Shown one piece after another: positions 16,924-25,197 of a DNA stretch of 64,000 bases. Within the stretch, counting starts at the first letter, position 1. Each line of letters begins with the position of its first letter. The stretch is from Flavobacterium sp. (GTDB lineage Bacteria > Bacteroidota > Bacteroidia > Flavobacteriales > Flavobacteriaceae), in the NCBI GenBank assembly GCA_030151565.1, contig JASLDM010000060.1:13207-77206 (forward strand), in the 5' to 3' direction. The translations under genes and the position numbers were made by a program. The notes beneath the pieces were generated by a model. The model did no database searches. It saw nothing but the letters and a program-made list of their open reading frames with translations, and was not told the origin of the DNA.

Positions 16924-18603
16924 TTAGAAGTCTTCAGTAATTTGAAATTGAATCCATTCTTTGGTTTTAGGGTGTTTAAAGCGAATGCTTTCAGCGTGCA
17001 AATGTAAGCGATTTGCTTTTGAACCATACAGATCATCTCCAATTATTGGTGCATTGAGTCCTTGAGAATGAGATGCGTGTACACGCAATTGATGTGTACG
17101 CCCGGTAATGGGATAAAAATATACTTTAGATTTTTTTTCGGAAGTATGAATTAACTCCCACTTTGTTTTGGCAGGTTTACCATAGTCATAGCAAACTAAT
17201 TGGCGCGGACGATCGTCTAAATCAACGCGCAAAGGGAGTTCAATAAAACCTTCTTTTTCTTTAAAGGTACCGTCAAGCAAGGCTACATAGCGTTTCTCTA
17301 CCGTTTTTTTAATGAATTGACTTTGAATGTATTTATGAGCATCTTTTGTTTTTGCTAATACTAAGAGACCTGAAGTAGCCATATCAAGCCTATGAATTAT
17401 TAAGGGGCCTGTTGCTTCTGGATAGCGCGTTTTCATACGCTCATATACAGAATCTTGTATGTGAATACCAGGTACGGACAGAAATTCAGCAGGTTTATTT
17501 ACAACTATTATTTCCTCATCTTCATAAATGATTTCTAAAGAACTATTTAGAGTAGGGGTTTCGATAAGAGGATTGTTGTCCAAAGACATTCCTTCTAGCA
17601 TATGCCCTAGGATGGGTTCGCATTTACCACGGCAAGCTGGGTAGAAGTTTAAATGTTTTCTAATTTCAGACTTAGGTGCTTTACCCCACCAAAATTCCGC
17701 TAAAGCAATTGGTTTTAATTGATTTTTAAAGGCGTATTGCAGTAATTTTGGAGCAGCACAATCTCCTGCGGCAGCTGGGGGTTTTTGCAAAGCAGTTGCT
17801 TCAAAGATTGTTAGTAAATCTTTGACTTCTCCTGAAATATTTAAAAATTGATAGTTTTGAAAAAGCTTGTTTTGAAGTGCATTTGACTTTTCTTTGCGTA
17901 GCTCTTTTAGTTGCTCAATTTTTTCTTTTTTACTTTGTATTGACGCTTTGGTTTCGGTTATTTTGTTTTGCCAATAGGAAATTAATACACGTAATTCGTG
18001 TTTATCTCGTAAACTTTGTTTGATTAAATCTTCATTTATTAGTTCAAAATCGGCTTCAGAAATTGTATTTAGAGCTTTTTCACGTTGTTCTTTTCTTTCT
18101 TTTTTAAGCTTTTTAAGTTGGTTTTTTTTATCTTGAATAGCATTCTTAAAATCTATGTCATCTGTTTTTAACTGATGCTGTAATTTTAGATACTCTTCAT
18201 CTTTTTCTAAAACGTTGATTTGTGCATTGAGGTCGTTTAAAATAGTTTCTTCCGCCAAGAAAAAACCTTCTTGATCCCATAAATCAAAAACTGGAGGTAC
18301 AAAACCCTCTATAGTTCCGTGATTGCCTAGTTTTCCTGAAAATCCTGCTAAATATCCTAAGTTTCCACTTTGATCTTCTACAACCAAAACACCAAACATT
18401 TTACCCGTAGGTAATGAATTTGTTTTGGAAGAATCAAATAAGGGAGCAATTAAAGGATGAGCTAGAAGCTCTGTTTGCAATTCGGTTGATGCAATTAAAC
18501 TTAAAGGATGAGGTTCGTAGAAAAAGGGATAGGTAAATTTTCTAGGTTTTTCAATTTCATTGATGTTTGATTTGAAAAGTCTAAAATTAGGAACTAAAGC
18601 CAT
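16924..18603 (-). CDS. RluA-family pseudouridine synthase with a roughly 355-aa N-terminal extension
   Basis: The C-terminal third carries VVNKPAEFLSVPG, the catalytic HRLDMATSGLLVLAK and TGRTHQLRVH. The N-terminal two thirds are not part of a normal RluA protein. The start is taken at MALVPNF (18603). Confidence 0.85.
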   Translation of the reverse strand: MALVPNFRLFKSNINEIEKPRKFTYPFFYEPHPLSLIASTELQTELLAHPLIAPLFDSSKTNSLPTGKMFGVLVVEDQSGNLGYLAGFSGKLGNHGTIEGFVPPVFDLWDQEGFFLAEETILNDLNAQINVLEKDEEYLKLQHQLKTDDIDFKNAIQDKKNQLKKLKKERKEQREKALNTISEADFELINEDLIKQSLRDKHELRVLISYWQNKITETKASIQSKKEKIEQLKELRKEKSNALQNKLFQNYQFLNISGEVKDLLTIFEATALQKPPAAAGDCAAPKLLQYAFKNQLKPIALAEFWWGKAPKSEIRKHLNFYPACRGKCEPILGHMLEGMSLDNNPLIETPTLNSSLEIIYEDEEIIVVNKPAEFLSVPGIHIQDSVYERMKTRYPEATGPLIIHRLDMATSGLLVLAKTKDAHKYIQSQFIKKTVEKRYVALLDGTFKEKEGFIELPLRVDLDDRPRQLVCYDYGKPAKTKWELIHTSEKKSKVYFYPITGRTHQLRVHASHSQGLNAPIIGDDLYGSKANRLHLHAESIRFKHPKTKEWIQFQITEDF

Positions 18604-18689
18604 GGTGTTGGTATTTATGCAAAAATACACAATAGAACGGAATAGTTTGAAAATAGGGTTAGGAAAAAAGCAAGCGTTGTAACTGGACT

Positions 18690-19118
18690 TTAATTTATAG
18701 CTGTAACATTTTCGAGGGTGATATCATTCCAAGGAATCGTAAATAAAGCAAGATATAGTAGCAAAAGTACCATAATACCAATAACTAGTATTTCATATTT
18801 GCGTAATGGATCTGTACTAAAGTTTAGTCTGGCGTATAAATTACCTCCCATAATGAGTATTAATGGAAAATAAAGTAGCGTAAAAAGAGCAAGTGCGCCA
18901 CTATGTAGCCAATAGGATATACTTCCACCCAGAAGCACCCCAAGAGCTGTCACTCTTAGCGTGTTGTTTGTAAATGTAACTATTTTTTTGATGTTGTATT
19001 TAGCTTTTCTTTCGTCTGATAAGGTATTGTATCCTGCAAGCATACCGTCAGCGTTTTCGGCGGTAAGTAGAAAACTGATGCCAAGAAATATGGCTGAAAC
19101 AATTATAAATGGAAGCAT
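18690..19118 (-). CDS. DUF3784-like small membrane protein
   Basis: It has four hydrophobic segments. The LAGYNTLSDERKAKYN motif matches my memory of DUF3784. The start is taken at MLPFII, 1 nt after the upstream stop. Confidence 0.5.
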   Translation of the reverse strand: MLPFIIVSAIFLGISFLLTAENADGMLAGYNTLSDERKAKYNIKKIVTFTNNTLRVTALGVLLGGSISYWLHSGALALFTLLYFPLILIMGGNLYARLNFSTDPLRKYEILVIGIMVLLLLYLALFTIPWNDITLENVTAIN

Positions 19119-19119
19119 A

Positions 19120-20043
19120 TTATTCTGTAATAAAATTAGCAAGTATACTTACTAGTTCGGGATGTAACGGGTAATGACTCTTTGCGTAACTAGCCTGATT
19201 TTCTGCATCTGTTGTTACTTTCTTTAAAACGTGGTTCATTCCATCAAGCGTGATTAGTTTTGCAGCAGGTTTTGCTTGATGAAGTTTTTCTCCTTGTTTT
19301 AGATCCACTTGCAAATCTTTAGTTCCTTGTACAATTAATAAGGGTTTGTCTGTTTTTTGAACTTCGCGAATTGGATCCACTTGTATCCAAGAGATTAAGT
19401 AAGGTTGTACGCTGGGTCTAAAAAAGCTTTGTAACAAAGGGATCACGTCTTCAACTTGTTTTCCTTGCTTGAGCTCTTTTAAAATCTCGTCCGCTTTTTT
19501 GGATAAAAAAGGAGCGCTTTTGGTTATTTGATCACTTATAATATGATCAATTGTTTCTCCTTGTCCTGCTAAAAGTATAACTTTTTGTACTGAAGGGTTG
19601 TTGCTGTCCATCGTTGCAACCAAGGCTCCTTCGCTATGGCCAATTAATACTATTTTGGAGTAGCTTTTCTTAAAGTGATTTATGATTAAGTCAAGGTCTA
19701 TACTTAGGTCTTGAAAACGCATGTTCTCTTCTTTTACGTCTTGCTTTTTGATTTGTGCAAGCATTCGTTTGTCAAAAGTAAATGTGTTAATTTTCTTTTT
19801 CGCTAACCCCTCAGCGAGTAGTTTGTAAGCATTTGTCGTTAACATTGGAGGTTGATTTCCATTTCTGTCTGTGGGACCAGAACCTGCGATTACAATGCTT
19901 AAAAGGTCGCTCTTGGGATTGCTTAAATACAGATCTCCATGGATATCTGAGTCAATTACAATTGGTGTTACTTTGAAATCTTGTGCATTGGTAAGCCAAG
20001 AAAAAGCAAGAAGTATTAACGGGAGTAAGATGTTTTTAAACAT
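19120..20043 (-). CDS. secreted alpha/beta hydrolase
   Basis: It has a signal peptide (ILLAFSWLTNAQ), the nucleophile elbow GHSEGA, and a late D and H (GTKDLQ, MNHVL). Confidence 0.7.
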   Translation of the reverse strand: MFKNILLPLILLAFSWLTNAQDFKVTPIVIDSDIHGDLYLSNPKSDLLSIVIAGSGPTDRNGNQPPMLTTNAYKLLAEGLAKKKINTFTFDKRMLAQIKKQDVKEENMRFQDLSIDLDLIINHFKKSYSKIVLIGHSEGALVATMDSNNPSVQKVILLAGQGETIDHIISDQITKSAPFLSKKADEILKELKQGKQVEDVIPLLQSFFRPSVQPYLISWIQVDPIREVQKTDKPLLIVQGTKDLQVDLKQGEKLHQAKPAAKLITLDGMNHVLKKVTTDAENQASYAKSHYPLHPELVSILANFITE

Positions 20044-20045
20044 AA

Positions 20046-20630
20046 TTAATACAGGTAAACAAATATTTTTGAAGTAAACTCTGCTACTATAACAGCTACT
20101 AGGATAAGAAATTTATGAAGGTTTGTCTTAAGGTTTGTCGCTGTTTTAAAACCTTTGTAGACGAGTATACCGAATAAGACTAATGCAGCAATAGAGTAAA
20201 TTGAGCTTACTCCTAACAAGATTAAATTGATAAATGGTAGGTTCATCATCTCTGCAGGATTGGTTATGTTCTGCATCATGTGATCTGATGTTTCTTGCAT
20301 AAAACCTCCAAAGCCAAATATAGTAATAACATATAGCGGAATTCTTGAAATTAAAGCGATATTTAAAATATCTATTAGCCTCGTTTTAGGGTTTATATAA
20401 CGCGCAAGAAGACTTAAAAAGGCGGTTAATAAAACGGTATTTAGAATGTTATCTAAGAAGGGCTGTTCTATTTGTACAGGCGTAGCACTGATGTGTACAT
20501 CTAGGACTCCGTCAAAGCGAGTAGAAGTAAGGTAGCCTAATATCGATGCTATGATAAGTGTAGAAAGACCAAATAATAAGAGTTGCCTTTCTTGTAAGCG
20601 TTCAAAAGGTTGGGTTAAGATTTTTGTCAT
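20046..20630 (-). CDS. polytopic membrane protein (Yip1-like topology)
   Basis: The product is 194 aa with about five TM segments. It sits 4 nt after the DUF2089 gene and 2 nt before the hydrolase gene. The family call is tentative. Confidence 0.45.
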   Translation of the reverse strand: MTKILTQPFERLQERQLLLFGLSTLIIASILGYLTSTRFDGVLDVHISATPVQIEQPFLDNILNTVLLTAFLSLLARYINPKTRLIDILNIALISRIPLYVITIFGFGGFMQETSDHMMQNITNPAEMMNLPFINLILLGVSSIYSIAALVLFGILVYKGFKTATNLKTNLHKFLILVAVIVAEFTSKIFVYLY

Positions 20631-20634
20631 AATA

Positions 20635-20916
20635 TTAGTTTTGGGTTGTTTTTAGTTGTTCAATGTGGTTTATGATATCATCAAGTTTATTTCGTACAGT
20701 TGGGTAGCTTATCTTCATCTGTAATGCCATTTGTTTGAGACTTCCACTATTGATGAAAAATTGAAAAATAAAGTCTTGTTCTTCTTGAGATAGTTGTAAA
20801 AGTAATGGTAAATCAAATGAACCGGTAACTCCTGTGTTACATTGGTCACAGCTAAGTTGTGTTACTTTTAGATCATTATTACAACTAGGGCAGTGTATTG
20901 GGAGTTTGTTATTCAT
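20635..20916 (-). CDS. DUF2089 protein (zinc ribbon plus HTH, putative regulator)
   Basis: The product is 93 aa. An N-terminal CPSC...CDQC zinc ribbon is followed by a helix-turn-helix-like segment (GSLKQMALQMKISYPTVRNKLDDI). Confidence 0.65.
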   Translation of the reverse strand: MNNKLPIHCPSCNNDLKVTQLSCDQCNTGVTGSFDLPLLLQLSQEEQDFIFQFFINSGSLKQMALQMKISYPTVRNKLDDIINHIEQLKTTQN

Positions 20917-20982
20917 TATTAATAAAATATAGAATGTTTTTAATATAATTAATGCTAAGTTAAATAATATTTATAAATAGAG

Positions 20983-21010
20983 CAAAAAAAAGACGCTAAT
21001 TAGCGTCTTC
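20983..21010 (-). terminator. intrinsic terminator after the 863-aa repeat-protein gene
   Basis: The palindrome is AGACGCTA-AT-TAGCGTCT. A U-run follows on the minus strand (A-run 20984-20990). Confidence 0.7.
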
Positions 21011-21030
21011 TTAAACTATACTGTTTTATT

Positions 21031-23622
21031 TTAATAGTAATAATTGTTTCTCTCGTTATACGGATATAGGTTGTCACGAGTTAGTGGAGTTATAAAAGGT
21101 ATTGCCTTGGCGTCATCTTTTTTACTTTTGATTTCGTAGGAAGCGATTTTTTCATTCTCACTATTAAAAAGTTGGTAGGAGATTTTGTTTTTCTTCTTAG
21201 TTAATACAAAATATTCTGCATCAGGTGTTTCTGGATTGTATGTGCTGTGAGCCATAGCTAGTGTTCCTGAAATGAGTTGTCCACGGTCAAGTTTTGCTTG
21301 ACGTACAATTTTATTGTTTTCATAATAGGTAACTGTTCCCGTCAATTGAAACTCGTCTGTCATCTGATAAGAATATGTCATTTTATTGGTTTCGGTATCA
21401 TATATTTCGACACTTGAGATACCTTGAGTTGCATCATATTCTTTTTTATAAATAAGATTATCCATATCGTCTTTTTCTTCGATTAGGATTAATGTGCCTT
21501 CTTCGTAAACTTCTTTTCTGGTTTCAGAATTGTACGTTTGACTTATTTTTATCCCTTGATACGGTACACCTTCTTGGTATTCTAATCTCGAAATTTCAGT
21601 ACCTTCCGTGTTAAAATAAATAGCTTCACCGTGATATTCATCATTTACAAAAGGAATTCTAGCAGTCACAACGCCGTCTTGAAATTCTTCTTCAAATTCT
21701 TTGATACCTAAATGGTAGTAAGTTCTTGACGTTATTTCTTCAGGGTTAAAAATAGAATAAGTTACTTCTTCTTGGTCTTTTAGTCCCTTTTTGTAATTTG
21801 TAACAGTCAATTGGTATTCATCTTGTTCATAAACTGTTCCTTCGTATGGCAGTCCTTCTTTATACGATACTGTAGAGATTAATTTGCCTTGTGCGTAAAA
21901 TTTCCCAGATTTGTAAAAATCGATTTCAGATTGCAAAGATGGTTCCGGTGTTTCAAATGAAAAGAGGGATGTTGCACTGTAGTCAATTACATAGTTTTTT
22001 GCACTAAGTTTTTTTCCGTTTTCGAAATGTTGAATCGATTTGATTTTATCATTATCAAAGAATTCAATTAAAGTTCCGTGTTGTTTTTTAAAATCAAATT
22101 GTCCGATACTTTTTCCTTTAGAATCGTAATAACTAGCTGAGACAGGTTGGTAGTCTTCAAAAAGCTCTTCTTTTTTAAGTGTACCGTTTTCGTTAAATGA
22201 ACGATGCTTAACTATCGCTCCATCTTTATAAAATACTTCTTGTTCCTTTTGACGTTTTCCATCGACAATTCTATAAGAGATGAGGTAAGTTGTTTCTCCA
22301 TCCTTATATTGCGTTTCGGAAAGGATTTTTCCATCTGTAAGGGATAGTGATTTCCCCTCAATAGGAGTCCAATATGAGCCATCGTTTTCTTGGCTGTAGG
22401 TTAAAGTTGAAAGAACTTTTCCTTTTTTATCATAATAAGTACTTTTTCGATCTTTTTTTAGTTCAAAAACTTCTCCAGTACTATAATAATGAACTTCTTC
22501 TACAAGTGTACCTTCTTTGTAAGTGGTTTTACTTTCAGTAGTTAAAAATGTTCCATCCCAAGGAGAATAGCCCTCTTCATCGTAGTTTATAAATGTTTTT
22601 AAGCTACCATCTTCATTCCAATATTCAATTTTTTTAATGCCGTAATTAGCGTTGAGGTATGTTGTTGTTTCTTTTAAAATACCTCGGTCGTTGTATTCTT
22701 CAATTATGGTAGGTGCATTGTCTTTGTAAAAATCTATTTGACGTATGAAATCTTCTTTTCCTTCATCATAGTGAAAAATAATACTTTTCCCTTCATTGTA
22801 TGGATTTTCATAATCAGAGCTTGTTTTGAAAACACCAATGTTCTTTTGGTTTTTGTCAAAAAAAGTTGTTGTGTTATAAGGGGAATCCATGGTTGTTTTA
22901 CTTTTTATACTTCCGTCACTATAGAAAAGTATTGTTGATACAAGTTCCGTAGATTCATAACTGTCAATTTGAGAAATACGAAATGGATTGTGGGCAAACG
23001 TATATTTGTTTCCTGTTTGTGCCTGGTAATCTTCATCAAACTCCAAAGCGCTTAATAAGGAGCCATCTTTGTCAAAAGTTTCTGTTAAATAAGGGATTTC
23101 ATCTTTAAAATAAATAACTTGACGATAGTTTTGACCTTCTTTAGCTTGAAGAGTAAGTTTTAATATGGCACCTTCTTCTGCATCAATAAAGGTGTAGCAA
23201 TCATTATATTCTACGACAAAAGTACCATCATAAAGTTTGTTTTCTTTATAAGTACTCGCTATTGTTGTTCCATCTTTTAAGATGCTTGTTGCTTGGCCAT
23301 CAGCATTTCCATCTACATAAGTTACTTTGTTAAGTAAGCGTCCGTCTTTTTCGAAAATTTTAAATGTTCCAATGTATTTACTATTGGAAGCATCTTGGCT
23401 TGAAACAATACCTTTAGAATGTAATTTGTGATCTAGGGTAAAGGTCGAGATTTCATTTTCTTTTTTAGAAATTGGACTTTTGAATTTGTAATAAACCGCA
23501 TCTTCTTTGATCGTTTTTTGATCTAAATAGTTTGTCCAGATTGTATCTTTCTGAACCTGCGCTTGAGCAAATAAACTTCCTAATAAAGTAATGGGTAATA
23601 CAAGTTGTCTTTTTTTAATCAT
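21031..23622 (-). CDS. large secreted repeat protein (degenerate MORN-variant/YwqK-like beta-hairpin repeats)
   Basis: The 863-aa product has a signal peptide (LLGSLFAQAQ). Y/F-x-x-(D/N)G-x-(L/I)-x-x-E type repeats of about 23-25 aa recur throughout. There is no T9SS C-terminal domain and no catalytic motif. Confidence 0.65.
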   Translation of the reverse strand: MIKKRQLVLPITLLGSLFAQAQVQKDTIWTNYLDQKTIKEDAVYYKFKSPISKKENEISTFTLDHKLHSKGIVSSQDASNSKYIGTFKIFEKDGRLLNKVTYVDGNADGQATSILKDGTTIASTYKENKLYDGTFVVEYNDCYTFIDAEEGAILKLTLQAKEGQNYRQVIYFKDEIPYLTETFDKDGSLLSALEFDEDYQAQTGNKYTFAHNPFRISQIDSYESTELVSTILFYSDGSIKSKTTMDSPYNTTTFFDKNQKNIGVFKTSSDYENPYNEGKSIIFHYDEGKEDFIRQIDFYKDNAPTIIEEYNDRGILKETTTYLNANYGIKKIEYWNEDGSLKTFINYDEEGYSPWDGTFLTTESKTTYKEGTLVEEVHYYSTGEVFELKKDRKSTYYDKKGKVLSTLTYSQENDGSYWTPIEGKSLSLTDGKILSETQYKDGETTYLISYRIVDGKRQKEQEVFYKDGAIVKHRSFNENGTLKKEELFEDYQPVSASYYDSKGKSIGQFDFKKQHGTLIEFFDNDKIKSIQHFENGKKLSAKNYVIDYSATSLFSFETPEPSLQSEIDFYKSGKFYAQGKLISTVSYKEGLPYEGTVYEQDEYQLTVTNYKKGLKDQEEVTYSIFNPEEITSRTYYHLGIKEFEEEFQDGVVTARIPFVNDEYHGEAIYFNTEGTEISRLEYQEGVPYQGIKISQTYNSETRKEVYEEGTLILIEEKDDMDNLIYKKEYDATQGISSVEIYDTETNKMTYSYQMTDEFQLTGTVTYYENNKIVRQAKLDRGQLISGTLAMAHSTYNPETPDAEYFVLTKKKNKISYQLFNSENEKIASYEIKSKKDDAKAIPFITPLTRDNLYPYNERNNYYY

Positions 23623-23652
23623 AAGTAGAGAAAATTTTGAAGGGCTAAAAAT

Positions 23653-23684
23653 AAAAAAAATCTTCAGTATAACTGAAGATTTTT
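23653..23684 (-). terminator. intrinsic terminator after the DUF2805 gene
   Basis: The stem ATCTTCAGT / ACTGAAGAT is flanked by A8 and T4. Confidence 0.8.
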
Positions 23685-23688
23685 ATCA

Positions 23689-23964
23689 TTAATCGAATTT
23701 ATTTTTAAAATAGTATTTGCTGTCCAAATCGTCTAAATCATCATCTTGGAATTTGTTGGGTTTCGGTTTTTTCGTTGCGACCCTTTTTTTCCATAGTTCA
23801 AATTCTTCCGTAGAGAATTTATCTTTCATAATTTTCGTGACTTCTTTCTCAGATAAGCCAAACTCATTTTTAATTGCTTCAAAAGGTTTTTTTTCCTCTT
23901 TAGCCATTGTTATCACACGATCTTTAGTATCGTAGTCTAACTCAAAGTTCTTTCCTTTTTTCAT
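23689..23964 (-). CDS. TIGR03643/DUF2805 family small protein
   Basis: The product is 91 aa. The segment DRVITMAKEEKKPFEAIKNEFGLSEKEV...ELWKKR resembles this family. Recognised from memory. Confidence 0.55.
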   Translation of the reverse strand: MKKGKNFELDYDTKDRVITMAKEEKKPFEAIKNEFGLSEKEVTKIMKDKFSTEEFELWKKRVATKKPKPNKFQDDDLDDLDSKYYFKNKFD

Positions 23965-24099
23965 TAGATGAAAAGTTAATCTAAATTTTAATGATTACTA
24001 ATTTTCTGTCAATATTAATAAAAATAACTGTATAACAAAATAGTTTGGTAAAATTTAATTGTTAACTTTTTAAGAAGCAGTCCTTTTGGAATCAGGTAA

Positions 24100-25062
24100 T
24101 TACCTTTTTTTTGAAAAAATAAGATTGCTGTTCATTAGAAAAATTGCCGATAGAATAAGTAAAATACCAACCCATTGTGTTAAAATAACGGTTTCACTTA
24201 ATACTAAATAGGCAACAGTAACAGAGACAGGTAGTTCTAGTGAAGAAATAATACTTCCTAGACCTACACCCGTGTGTGGGAATCCCATATTAAGGAAAAT
24301 AGGAGGTATGATAGTACCAAACAGTGCTAGTAAAAGTCCCCATTTATAGAAAATAGCGAAGTCAAAGTCACGAATTCCACTTGTGTCACTCGAAACAGAT
24401 TGAAAAATATTTAATAAAAATTCAGAGTTATTTGGGCCAACTTGAGTAATTATAGTAAAGATAGATACAATGATTGTTGAGCCTAGAAGCATATAGAAAC
24501 TTCGTTTTGGAGCTGGTAAATGAACCGCGACAAAGTTAGAAGTAAACATGGTTGTAGCGAAGGAACAAGCAGCTAAAAAACCAAAAATAACACCTCTTAT
24601 ATCTAGTTCAATTTTGTCTCCTAAAATATTTGTTGCTAAAACGGTTCCAAATAAAATTAAGAGAACAGCGATGATTTTTAATTTATTGGGAAACGTTTTG
24701 GTTGTAATACTTTCAATTACTACGCCAATCCAAACTGATTGCATTAGGAGTACTACTGCAATGGACGCATTGATATAACTTACAGCTAGATAGTATAATA
24801 CAGATGTAAAGCCCATAGATGTACCTGCTAATATGAGGTTTCGTATGTCTGATTTGCTTTCTACACTTTCGTTTGCGCTTTTTTTTCTAAAAACGTTTAT
24901 AAATAGCATCCCTATAACACCTAGAAGTACTTGTGAAAAAGTGACTTCGGCTGTTGTATATCCAGCTGCATACGCAAGTTTTACAAAGGATGCTAACATT
25001 CCAAAACTAGAGGCTCCAATGGCTACTAAGAAAACTCCCTTTGTAATATTTTGTTCTTTCAT
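24100..25062 (-). CDS. DMT superfamily (EamA-like) transporter
   Basis: The product is 320 aa with ten hydrophobic segments arranged as two five-TM halves. Confidence 0.75.
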   Translation of the reverse strand: MKEQNITKGVFLVAIGASSFGMLASFVKLAYAAGYTTAEVTFSQVLLGVIGMLFINVFRKKSANESVESKSDIRNLILAGTSMGFTSVLYYLAVSYINASIAVVLLMQSVWIGVVIESITTKTFPNKLKIIAVLLILFGTVLATNILGDKIELDIRGVIFGFLAACSFATTMFTSNFVAVHLPAPKRSFYMLLGSTIIVSIFTIITQVGPNNSEFLLNIFQSVSSDTSGIRDFDFAIFYKWGLLLALFGTIIPPIFLNMGFPHTGVGLGSIISSLELPVSVTVAYLVLSETVILTQWVGILLILSAIFLMNSNLIFSKKR

Positions 25063-25140
25063 TTGTGTGATTTTTAAGCTTGCAAAGGTATAAAATTATT
25101 ATCTAGCCGATGACATGGCTGTCTTAAGCTTGTGTGAATA

Positions 25141-25175
25141 AAAAAAGGTCTAGATTTTTTGAACCTAGACCTTTT
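25141..25175 (-). terminator. intrinsic terminator after htpG
   Basis: The stem GGTCTAG / CTAGACC has an A-run at 25141-25146, which gives a U-run on the minus strand. Confidence 0.75.
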
Positions 25176-25197
25176 AAAAAGTATTTAATGTTTTGAA

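Noticed and set aside
16884-17042. An N-terminal extension of the DUF445 ORF (MEMICMVQKQ...), and likewise 18604-18630 for the RluA-fusion ORF and 19119-19142 for the DUF3784-like ORF.
   Set aside because: The extensions overlap the 3' end of the upstream gene or add residues that do not look native. Internal ATG codons give sensible N-termini and tight, non-overlapping spacing.
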